From the NCBI GenBank assembly GCA_033851995.1, contig JAWSVI010000003.1:52794-116793 (forward strand): 64,000 nucleotides of DNA. Reading direction: 5' to 3'. The first letter of the stretch is position 1. Each line of letters starts with the position of its first letter. This document shows positions 19,242 through 27,962 of the stretch, one piece after another. The translations under genes were made by a program, and so were the position numbers. The DNA comes from Desulfobacteraceae bacterium (GTDB lineage: Bacteria > Desulfobacterota > Desulfobacteria > Desulfobacterales > Desulfobacteraceae). Under the pieces are notes generated by a model. That model saw only the letters and a list, made by a program, of their open reading frames with translations, did not search any database and was not told the DNA's origin.

Positions 19242-19577
19242 ATGATGTATTTAAAAACAAAGCAGAACCGTGGGAGCGGATTTTCAGACAACGATCCCAT
19301 GTCTGGTGTGGCCAACCTCTTTGACCTTGGTCTGGTTTTTATTGTCGGGCTTTTAATTGCGCTTTTCGGCGCCTATCATCTTGAAGACCTCCTGTCCCAG
19401 GATTCTGAATTAACCATTGTTAAAAAATCTGCTGACGGACAGATTGAGATCATTGAAAAAAAAGGCAGAAAAATCGAGGCCATGAAAGTCTCAAAAGACA
19501 GAGCCAAGGGACGCGGTGAAAGGCTTGGTACAGCCTACAAACTTGAAAACGGTTCCATGATCTATATTCCGGACTAG
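19242..19577 (+). CDS. DUF2149 domain protein (ExbD-like partner)
   Basis: DPMSGVANLFDLGLVF single TM then G.G.RLGTAYKLENGSMIYIPD. Confidence 0.85.
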   Translation: MMYLKTKQNRGSGFSDNDPMSGVANLFDLGLVFIVGLLIALFGAYHLEDLLSQDSELTIVKKSADGQIEIIEKKGRKIEAMKVSKDRAKGRGERLGTAYKLENGSMIYIPD

Positions 19578-19588
19578 GCCAACATAAA

Positions 19589-22500
19589 ATGAAACAGAAC
19601 AAAACGCCTACTATGAAACGATTCACACAAATTCTCACCATCACTGTTTTTGTATTTCTACCAGCTAAACTTCCTGCAGCAGACCTTGTGCTCATGGTTC
19701 TGGACCACAACTCTTATATTGCCCACCTGGCAGTAAACAATCTTGCGCTTTCAAAAAAGATATCATCTGGTATCCGCATTATTACGGCTGATGACGTCAC
19801 ACGGAAGCCAGAACAGATGAAGCAGATGATCGATGATACCCCACTGATTGTGGTTGATGTCATGGGCCGGGAGCTGGAATTTTTTTTAACCGGCAAAATC
19901 GATCTTAAATCCAAAATCATCTATGCTCTGCGCGGCTCCCTGGATGATGAATCCTTAAAGAAAAAAGGATTTCTTTTTGACCCAGCCATATCCGATTATT
20001 ATCGCCATGTAAGTATAAAAAACATACAAAATATGCTGCGTCTTGTCATACATCGCCATATTGACAAAAGCATCCGTTATGACATGATCCAATTACGGCC
20101 TCAGCTCGGCATCTACCATCCTGATGCAGCTATAAGCACGCCAAAGAGTGAGACAGGCATATTCACGGATATCAGCGATTATCTTGAGTGGCAGGCAAAG
20201 CGCCCCGGTTTTGACCCGAACCGTCCGTCAATCGGTTTCTTCTTTTTTTCATCCTTTCTCACAAAAGGCCAGCAGGAACCCGTGGACACCATTATCCGTC
20301 GTCTTGAAACTGAAAATTTTAATGTGATTCCCTGTTTTGGGCGGGAAAAAGATATTATCAAAAACTATCTTATCGATAATAATGGTAAAACCCGGGTCGA
20401 TATGGTCCTGGCATTTTCCTTTAAATTTTATAACGCACTCACACCCGAACTTGGAGAATTGCTAAAACAGCTTGATGTGCCTGTGTTCAGTGCAATCAGT
20501 ATTTACAAAGATACCATTGAGCAGTGGCGTAAAAGCCCTGTCGGCATTGACAACCTCGAAGTGGCCTGGTCTCTGGCAGTCCCGGAGATTTCAGGTCTTA
20601 CCGAGCCCACGGTCCTTGCTGCAAAAGAAAAAATCGTTGACAGGCAAACTGGAAAAGCCTTTTTTGTCAGCCGCCAGGTGACTGAAAACATGGACCGCCT
20701 GATACCACGGCTTAAAAAATGGATTATCCTGCAAAACAAACCCAATAAAAATAAAAAAATTGCCCTTTTATTTTACAACCATCACCAGGGCAAACAGAAT
20801 ATCGGGGCCTCTTACCTCAATGTCTTCAGAAGTATTGAAAAAATTGTTCATTCACTGTCGAAAAACGGATATGCTACCGGAGCACCACTAACCGAGATGG
20901 ATATCAAGGAACTGATACTGGCTTCTGCCAGGAATATTGGCTCCTGGGCACCTGGTGAACTTGACAGAATACTGGTAAAAGGACAGGTAATCCGTCTGCC
21001 CCTGGCCACATACAGACAATGGTTTGAGGAGCTTCCAAACAATTTTAAAAACCAAGTTATTCAACAGTGGGGGGAACCTGAAACCGCCGGAATTATGGTA
21101 ACGGATAACGACCTGATCATTCCGGCGGTTCAGGCTAACAATCTGATCATGCTTCCTGAACCAGCCCGCGGCTGGGGTGATGATCCTATGAAGCTGATGC
21201 ATGACACCACACTGTATCCCCATCACCAGTATCTTGCCGTATACTTATGGCTTTCAAAGACATTTAAGGCTGATGCCATGATTCATCTGGGTACCCATTC
21301 GACCTATGAATGGACACCTGGAAAACAGGCCGGGCTCTCGCCGTCCTGCGCACCGGAAATTCTGATCACGGACATCCCCAATATTTATCCCTATATCGTA
21401 GATAATCTGGGTGAAGGCATCCAGGCAAAACGCAGGGGGCGAGGCGCCATGGTCAGCCACCTCACACCGGTTCTGAGAAAAGCGGATATAACACAGGAAT
21501 ACAGCCGTATGGCTGAACTGGTCAATGAAATTGAGAGGGGGAAATCGCGGGGCAGCATCACTGTGAAGGAAAAAGTAAAAGAGTTGTTAGCCATTGCCGA
21601 ATCCACCGGCATTCTCACTGACTTAAAAGACAGTGCCCAAAACGACCATGATATCTACCATGCCACTGAAGAAAATTCATCCCATGTCCATTCAGATACC
21701 GAAGCCCGGAGCCCTGCTGCCCCAAAAAGCAAATCTGCTGCACAAAAAACGGTTCCGGTAATTGATCGGGCTACGGCAGAGACCATCCATCTTCTGGGCC
21801 ACTACCTTGAAGATATCAAATCAAGCATGATCCCATATGGCATGCACACTTTCGGGAAATCTCCAAAGCCTGAAGCATTAAAGGAAATGTCTGATGCAAT
21901 TCTAAAATGGAACCCTGAAATAAAATCAGATCAAAAGCCTGAAAAAGTATCACAAGATATTGCCCAATGCGGAGATAACGAAATCAACAGTCTGCTCAAA
22001 GGTCTTGATGGGCGGTATATTCACCCGGGCCAGGGCAATGACCCAATCCGAAACCCCAAAGCCCTTCCCACAGGCAGAAATTTTTACGGGTTCAATCCCG
22101 GCAAACTGCCGACACCTGCGGCATGGGAATTGGGCAAAAAGGCAGCCCAGCAGATTATTGACAATCACATCATCAAGCACGGCGCCTTTCCACAAAAAAT
22201 TGCTGTAGTCCTATGGGCAACAGAAACGCTTCGAAACGAAGGAGTGAACGAATCCACCATTATGTACCTGATCGGCACAAGGCCCAAATGGTCTAAAACA
22301 GGCCGGGTCCTGGGTATAGAACTGATAAAAGGGGAAAAACTGAACCGACCGCGTATCGATGTCATGATCAATGCGTCCGGTCTTTACCGGGATCTGTTTC
22401 CGGAAAAGATGCTCTATCTTGACCGCGCTATCCGTATGGCTGTTAAACAGACTGATGTGGAAAACCTCATCGCACGCCATAATGCCCAAATTAAAACCCG

Positions 22501-23686
22501 CCTGATCCAACAGGGGATGTCACCTGAAAAAGCAGACGAAATGTCACGGTTCCGTATCTTTTCCGAACCGCCCGGGGCCTATGGAAACGGTGTGGGTGAC
22601 ATGGCTTCAGGCTCTTCCAAATGGGACAACCCGGACCAGGTAGTAGATGTGTATGAAAACCGGATGGGATTTGTATTTGGCCAGGGTAAAAATGGCAAAC
22701 AATGGGGCCTTGCTGCTAAAAAGGTCATGAAAGCACAGCTCTCCCAGGTGGATGTGGCAGTCCACTCCAGGTCCTCCAACGTATACGGGCTTTTAGATAA
22801 TGATGACATGTTCCAGTACCTGGGCGGACTTTCAATGGCAGTTCGAAAAGAATCAGGAAACGCCCCGGAAACCCTGATTACTCAGCAGCAGCACAAGGGC
22901 CGTGTCAAAGTAGAAGATATGGGCAAAACACTGGGTCGGGAAATGCGTGCCCGGTATCTTAACCCTAAATGGATAGAAGGCATGAAAACGGAAGATTATG
23001 CCGGGGCCAATGCCATGTCCAATTTTGTGGAGTACCTCTGGGGCTGGAACCTGACAACCCCTGAAAAAGTGGGTGCAGATAAATGGCAGCAGACCTATGA
23101 GGTTTATGTTAAAGACAAATACGGGCTTGAAATGAAAGAATTCTTTTCCAAAGCATCCCCATGGGCTTTTCAGTCCATAACCGGCCGGATGCTGGAAACC
23201 CACCGCAAAGGGTATTGGGAAGCAGATCAAAAGCAGTTGAAAACCCTGGCAGCTGAATATGCCAAAAGCGTTATTGCCAAAGGCATTGCCTGCTGTGATC
23301 ATACCTGCAACAATCCCATGCTTAACCAGATGGTGGCCTCTATTGTTTCCATCCCTGGTGTCCTGAGTCCTGAACTGGTGGAAAAATTCAGAATAGCGGT
23401 AGAACAGATGGCACAAAAGCCGCTTGATCAACAGGTAGAAGAGCGCAAACAGCTTATTGAGAAGCTTGCTGCTCCTGCACCTGAGCAGCCCAAACCCGTA
23501 AAATCAGAAACAACAGAAGCCAAAGATCCTGAAATGGTAGAGGGCTATAAAATGGAAAAAATAGAAAAAAAGGACGACACCACCCAAATGACTTCATCCG
23601 GTATTGAATGGATGGCTGTTCTGGCCGTACTCGGCATAATAGGAATAGTCAGTTATGGTGCGCGAAAAAAACATGGCCGTCTTTAA
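19589..23686 (+). CDS. cobN: CobN/magnesium-chelatase H family protein with export signal and C-terminal membrane anchor (HmuS/BtuS-like)
   Basis: HLGTHSTYEWTPGK, YPYIVDNLGEGIQAKRRG, LPTGRNFY, RPRIDV, SGLYRDLFP, NPKWIEGM motifs; hydrophobic N-terminus and C-terminal TM followed by RKKHGR; start may be 19613. Confidence 0.88.
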   Translation: MKQNKTPTMKRFTQILTITVFVFLPAKLPAADLVLMVLDHNSYIAHLAVNNLALSKKISSGIRIITADDVTRKPEQMKQMIDDTPLIVVDVMGRELEFFLTGKIDLKSKIIYALRGSLDDESLKKKGFLFDPAISDYYRHVSIKNIQNMLRLVIHRHIDKSIRYDMIQLRPQLGIYHPDAAISTPKSETGIFTDISDYLEWQAKRPGFDPNRPSIGFFFFSSFLTKGQQEPVDTIIRRLETENFNVIPCFGREKDIIKNYLIDNNGKTRVDMVLAFSFKFYNALTPELGELLKQLDVPVFSAISIYKDTIEQWRKSPVGIDNLEVAWSLAVPEISGLTEPTVLAAKEKIVDRQTGKAFFVSRQVTENMDRLIPRLKKWIILQNKPNKNKKIALLFYNHHQGKQNIGASYLNVFRSIEKIVHSLSKNGYATGAPLTEMDIKELILASARNIGSWAPGELDRILVKGQVIRLPLATYRQWFEELPNNFKNQVIQQWGEPETAGIMVTDNDLIIPAVQANNLIMLPEPARGWGDDPMKLMHDTTLYPHHQYLAVYLWLSKTFKADAMIHLGTHSTYEWTPGKQAGLSPSCAPEILITDIPNIYPYIVDNLGEGIQAKRRGRGAMVSHLTPVLRKADITQEYSRMAELVNEIERGKSRGSITVKEKVKELLAIAESTGILTDLKDSAQNDHDIYHATEENSSHVHSDTEARSPAAPKSKSAAQKTVPVIDRATAETIHLLGHYLEDIKSSMIPYGMHTFGKSPKPEALKEMSDAILKWNPEIKSDQKPEKVSQDIAQCGDNEINSLLKGLDGRYIHPGQGNDPIRNPKALPTGRNFYGFNPGKLPTPAAWELGKKAAQQIIDNHIIKHGAFPQKIAVVLWATETLRNEGVNESTIMYLIGTRPKWSKTGRVLGIELIKGEKLNRPRIDVMINASGLYRDLFPEKMLYLDRAIRMAVKQTDVENLIARHNAQIKTRLIQQGMSPEKADEMSRFRIFSEPPGAYGNGVGDMASGSSKWDNPDQVVDVYENRMGFVFGQGKNGKQWGLAAKKVMKAQLSQVDVAVHSRSSNVYGLLDNDDMFQYLGGLSMAVRKESGNAPETLITQQQHKGRVKVEDMGKTLGREMRARYLNPKWIEGMKTEDYAGANAMSNFVEYLWGWNLTTPEKVGADKWQQTYEVYVKDKYGLEMKEFFSKASPWAFQSITGRMLETHRKGYWEADQKQLKTLAAEYAKSVIAKGIACCDHTCNNPMLNQMVASIVSIPGVLSPELVEKFRIAVEQMAQKPLDQQVEERKQLIEKLAAPAPEQPKPVKSETTEAKDPEMVEGYKMEKIEKKDDTTQMTSSGIEWMAVLAVLGIIGIVSYGARKKHGRL

Positions 23687-23723
23687 TTTTTGGGCCAGCC
23701 GGAATTTGAATAGGAAAACCAAT

Positions 23724-24167
23724 ATGAAAATTACAAAAACCCTTTTAATGATTACCGGAATTATCCTGCTTACCTCACTACAAAGTATGGCCCACGGAAC
23801 AGGCAGTGATCATACCCATACTCAAAACGAGAACGGCATTGAATCCGCCAAAATCTGGCTCAATCTGATTGATACCCGAAAATACAATGTCTCCTGGCAG
23901 ACAGCAGCACCTGTTTTCAAAACTTCAATAACAGCACTTCAATGGGAAAAGGCCATCACAAATATGAGAAATCCACTGGGGAATCTTATCGAGCGAAACC
24001 TCTTTCACGATCAATACACAACAACTCTGCCGGGGATGCCGGATGGAGAATATATCATCCTGCGATTTGTTACCAAATACAAAAACAAACAAAGTGCCGT
24101 GGAAACCGTGACCCTGATGAAAGATCAAACTGCCAACTGGCGGGTTGCAGGGTACTTTATAAAATAA
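23724..24167 (+). CDS. DUF4019 domain exported protein with His-rich N-terminus
   Basis: Signal peptide, AKIWLNLID, LPGMPDGEY, AVETVT, WRVAGYFI; RBS AGGA before ATG 23724. Confidence 0.8.
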   Translation: MKITKTLLMITGIILLTSLQSMAHGTGSDHTHTQNENGIESAKIWLNLIDTRKYNVSWQTAAPVFKTSITALQWEKAITNMRNPLGNLIERNLFHDQYTTTLPGMPDGEYIILRFVTKYKNKQSAVETVTLMKDQTANWRVAGYFIK

Positions 24168-24173
24168 TTTTGC

Positions 24174-25046
24174 ATGCCTTCTGTTCTCTTGAAATTCCTC
24201 CTCCTGATCTGTTTACCGGTGATCGGCAGTCTTAACCCTAATCTGGTGGGGGTTTGGGCTGCTGATCATGCCATGTTCAGCGATGAAATGCTGCGTATTG
24301 AATTTCTGACAATGGAAAAGCACCATGACGGACAGGTTTCTCAGACCTTTGCCGTCTATCCGCCAGAGCGGGCAGCAACAACTGTTTCCATCCTCTTCCA
24401 AGAAAACAAAAAATCCATGGTTTACAAAGCCGTCATCAAGAACAACACCTTTACTATTTTTGTAAATAAACCTTCCCGTATCCGGCTTTTTGCAATTGTA
24501 AAAGCCAGGGAAACCACCCATGTACTCCATACCAACATAGTGCTGTTCGGCAATTCCCGGATACCGGTTCAAAGGATACCGGCAGCATCAGAAGGTAGGA
24601 TTTTAAAAACCATTCCCCATATTTCCCTGATATCTGCAGACACATATTACTGGCACCAGACAGGTATCCCCTTAACATTTACCCTGGGCACAAATTTTCA
24701 ACCAGCACTTTTTAATTCAGCACTACCAGCACTCAACGTTATTGAAAATAGTCATATCAAACCTGTGACAGCAGATAAAGAACACCCTTTTCATTTTATT
24801 TATACACCACCACTTGATGAAAAACTGAGACAATCCGGATACACTGCCTTCCGCCAGGACACATTGTTCACAGAAATCTCTCATTGGAAAAACAGATACC
24901 ACCTGACCTATGCCCTGAAGCTCCACCGCTCACGCCATGCCTATGACAATCATGGGGCTGGAGCGGCTGTCCTGGGTTCCGGTATATTCATTTTCACAGG
25001 CATGATCCTGTATAAAAGGAGAACCAGACAATGGTGGAACGAATAA
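24174..25046 (+). CDS. Hypothetical exported protein with C-terminal membrane anchor
   Basis: N-terminal hydrophobic leader, C-terminal TM (AAVLGSGIFIFTGMILY) then KRRTR; operon-embedded. Confidence 0.75.
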   Translation: MPSVLLKFLLLICLPVIGSLNPNLVGVWAADHAMFSDEMLRIEFLTMEKHHDGQVSQTFAVYPPERAATTVSILFQENKKSMVYKAVIKNNTFTIFVNKPSRIRLFAIVKARETTHVLHTNIVLFGNSRIPVQRIPAASEGRILKTIPHISLISADTYYWHQTGIPLTFTLGTNFQPALFNSALPALNVIENSHIKPVTADKEHPFHFIYTPPLDEKLRQSGYTAFRQDTLFTEISHWKNRYHLTYALKLHRSRHAYDNHGAGAAVLGSGIFIFTGMILYKRRTRQWWNE

Positions 25047-25978
25047 GGCTGATCTGTCAGCACTTTTCTTTTATCCTGTTCATGTATGGCGGACGCATCG
25101 GAATTCATCTGGGCAGTTCGCTGCCCTGTTTTTCATGCCCATTTGTCCAGGGATGCGCCGGTCACTGTTACCTGATGGTCCTGCAGCGCAGCCATGTCGG
25201 ATTTCAGACCGCTTTTGACATCATGTTTTCATCCGGCATCCTCCATATATTCTGGCCCTTTGCCGTATTCCTGCTTTTTTTCATCCCCCTGTCCAAGCTG
25301 TGGTGCGCATGGCTATGCCCCTTTTGTCTTTTTCAAGACTGGATCTCAATGATCCGTAAAAAATTGGGAATAAGACCAAGTATCTGGATCAGGGAAACAA
25401 GAGACCGCGTGAAACCTGTAAAATATATTTTACTGGCATTGCTGATCATCATCCCCATTGGCATTGCCAATTTCGGCCTGCACTCGGACTGGGGCCTGCC
25501 TTTCTGTCAAATCTGTCCTGCAAGGCCCATCCTTCCGCTGTTCATAGGAAAACTTGATTATTTTCACATCGACATGACCAACAGCGTGACCATCGGTTTT
25601 ACATTAACCGCAATGATCCTGACAGCAGGATTTTTAGTTGGTATGTTTTTCAAAGAACGGTTTTTCTGCATTTTCTGCCCCATGCTGGCCCTGATGCACC
25701 TTTTCAGACGACTGAGCCCTGTAAGGTTTGAAAAAAATATTCATACCTGTACCGGCTGTGGCAACTGTGAGCGCATGTGCCCGGTGGATATCTATGATGT
25801 TCATCTTGAAAAAGAACAAAAAAATGTACTCACGGAAGACTGCATGGGCTGCATGACCTGCGCAGAGTCCTGCCCGGTTGATGATGCCCTGAGCTTCAGT
25901 ATAGGATTTAAAAAATTCCGGTTACCGCTGTTTTCGTCCTCAAACAGCTATCTGGCCAAAAAATGGAGTAACAAATGA
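25031..25978 (+). CDS. Membrane 4Fe-4S binding protein (NapH/MauN-like)
   Basis: WCAWLCPF, FCQICPA, FCIFCPM CxxxCP motifs plus CTGCGNCERMCP and CMGCMTCAESCP. Confidence 0.88.
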   Translation: MVERIRLICQHFSFILFMYGGRIGIHLGSSLPCFSCPFVQGCAGHCYLMVLQRSHVGFQTAFDIMFSSGILHIFWPFAVFLLFFIPLSKLWCAWLCPFCLFQDWISMIRKKLGIRPSIWIRETRDRVKPVKYILLALLIIIPIGIANFGLHSDWGLPFCQICPARPILPLFIGKLDYFHIDMTNSVTIGFTLTAMILTAGFLVGMFFKERFFCIFCPMLALMHLFRRLSPVRFEKNIHTCTGCGNCERMCPVDIYDVHLEKEQKNVLTEDCMGCMTCAESCPVDDALSFSIGFKKFRLPLFSSSNSYLAKKWSNK

Positions 25979-27192
25979 AACCTGCAAATCCCAGGCTCAC
26001 CCGGCTGAAAAATAAAACCCTCTCCCTGATGAAAAAAGAGATAGAAGATCTGGTTCAGGTAATCAAGAAACGGCCCGATTACATACCCGCGCTGGAAACG
26101 TTTATCAAAACTCTTATCCAGGCTCAATCGCCGCAAGAGTTTATTCAGAGTACTGACAAAAAAGTAATCTTGTCACTATGTATCCAGGCCCCTCTGGAAC
26201 TGTTCCATGCTGCCGGGGTACAGCCATTCAAACTGGCATGCGGTTCCCATATATCCGGAAACATGGCACCGCTTCATTTGCCAGCCCTGACCTGCCCCAT
26301 GATCAAATCCATATCCGGGCTCTTAAAACTCGGCAGCGTAGCCGGTGATTTTGTGATCCCCACAACCTGTGACTGGGTGGTCAAATTCAGTGAACTGACA
26401 AAGCTCCACGAAAGCACCAATATCCATTTTATGGAACTGCCCCATTTAAGGGAAAACGAGAGATCATCAAAAAGATGGCTTAATGAAATCAAGGTGTTTA
26501 AAAACTGGCTGGAAAAAACATCTGCCTGCAGGATAACACCCCGGACCCTTGTAAAATCGATCAATATATACGCCCAGGCATATGAACTTTACTCCACAAT
26601 GATCAAACTGCGGCGCAAACAAAAAGTTCCAAGCCTCCATTTTGCCCTGATTATCAATGCCATGCCCTACCTGGAGATTGAAACATGGATGGCGAATACA
26701 GCAGCTTATGTCCTTGATCTAAAAGGGCCTGACAAAAAAAAAGAACCTATATTTTTAACCGGAAGCCCCATTGTGTTTCCAAACTATAAAATGCTTACCC
26801 TCATAGAAAACGCCCAAATGGCAGTCACAGCAGATGACCTGTGCACCATGGAACGCACCTTTCCCGGTGCTGTCGCCTGGCGGGACAAATCAGAGTATGC
26901 ACTCTTAAACGCGCTTGCACAGCGAAACCACAAGGCCTGTATCTGCCCGACATTTGCTGACAACCATCGAAGACTGAACAGTATCCTCAGCACTTTGGAA
27001 CAGCACCATATTAGAGGCATCATCTTTCATGTCCTAAAGGGATGCCACCCCTATGATATGGAATCCGGGATACTGGAAACCCAGCTCAAAAAAAGAGGCT
27101 ATCGGTTCCTGAAAATTGAAACCGACTATGTAAAAGAGGATGAGCAAAACATTGTCACACGCCTGGAAGCCTTTAGACGGACCCTGAAATAA
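25975..27192 (+). CDS. 2-hydroxyacyl-CoA dehydratase family Fe-S protein (double-cubane protein-like)
   Basis: LCIQAPLEL, TCPMIKS, PTTCD, TGSP, DDLCT, ACICP, GCHPY, KIETDY, TRLEAF motifs. Confidence 0.85.
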   Translation: MKPANPRLTRLKNKTLSLMKKEIEDLVQVIKKRPDYIPALETFIKTLIQAQSPQEFIQSTDKKVILSLCIQAPLELFHAAGVQPFKLACGSHISGNMAPLHLPALTCPMIKSISGLLKLGSVAGDFVIPTTCDWVVKFSELTKLHESTNIHFMELPHLRENERSSKRWLNEIKVFKNWLEKTSACRITPRTLVKSINIYAQAYELYSTMIKLRRKQKVPSLHFALIINAMPYLEIETWMANTAAYVLDLKGPDKKKEPIFLTGSPIVFPNYKMLTLIENAQMAVTADDLCTMERTFPGAVAWRDKSEYALLNALAQRNHKACICPTFADNHRRLNSILSTLEQHHIRGIIFHVLKGCHPYDMESGILETQLKKRGYRFLKIETDYVKEDEQNIVTRLEAFRRTLK

Positions 27193-27212
27193 AATGTAAA
27201 GGAGTAAACCAA

Positions 27213-27962
27213 ATGAAAATCGGTATCGATGTCGGTAGTACAGGCATCAAAGTAGTTTTTATGAAAGAAACTGCCCTGACATGGAAAAAGGTTATTCCGA
27301 CCAAGCCCGGTCAGTCAACTCTTGTCCGGAATTTGATCAATGAAGGCCTTAAAGCGTGCCGTACCAGCCAGGATGATATTGAAAAAATCTGTGTAACTGG
27401 GTACGGAAGGAACCTGATTGATTCTCCAGACACCATTGTAGATGAAATCTCAGCCAATGCCGCCGGTATCCATTTTCTCTCCAATGGAAAAGCCCGCACC
27501 CTGATTAATATCGGTGGTCAGGATGTTAAAATAATCAAACTGGATGATCAGGGCCATGTCACAGATTTCAGAATGAATGATAAATGTGCAGCCGGGACCG
27601 GCCGGTTTTTCGAAATTGCCGCTAACATTCTGGACACTCCACTGGAAAATTTTCATATTGAAGACATGGTGGAGGCTGTGAATATAAATTCCACCTGTGC
27701 AGTGTTTGCAGAATCTGAAATTGTTTCTCTCCTTGCCAAAGACATCAATAAACGCAGTATAATCAAAGGGATCAACAATGCTGTGGCAAAACGTATTGCC
27801 AATCTGGCCGGCAGCGGCCTGCTTGAAGAAGACATCTATATTGACGGCGGACCCGGTAAAAACCAAGGGCTGGTCGAAAGCCTGGAAGACGCCTTGATGT
27901 GTGATGTTAAGGTAACCAAGGCTCCCCAGTTTACGGTTGCACTTGGTGCGTTACTTGCCTGA
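27213..27962 (+). CDS. ASKHA-type ATP-dependent activase (HgdC/BcrA-like)
   Basis: GIDVGST, TGYGR, IGGQDVK, MNDKCAAGTGRF, STCAVFAESE. Confidence 0.92.
   Translation: MKIGIDVGSTGIKVVFMKETALTWKKVIPTKPGQSTLVRNLINEGLKACRTSQDDIEKICVTGYGRNLIDSPDTIVDEISANAAGIHFLSNGKARTLINIGGQDVKIIKLDDQGHVTDFRMNDKCAAGTGRFFEIAANILDTPLENFHIEDMVEAVNINSTCAVFAESEIVSLLAKDINKRSIIKGINNAVAKRIANLAGSGLLEEDIYIDGGPGKNQGLVESLEDALMCDVKVTKAPQFTVALGALLA

Noticed and set aside
19589-23686. Calling this the aerobic-pathway cobaltochelatase CobN of de novo B12 synthesis
   Set aside because: No cobS/cobT or chlI/chlD nearby, export and anchor signals present, organism is an anaerobe with CbiK; symbol kept only as family label
25975-27962. 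Amino-acid fermentation 2-hydroxyacyl-CoA dehydratase or benzoyl-CoA reductase
   Set aside because: Only one dehydratase-family subunit, no CoA-transferase or other bcr subunits, and it lies in a B12-uptake operon
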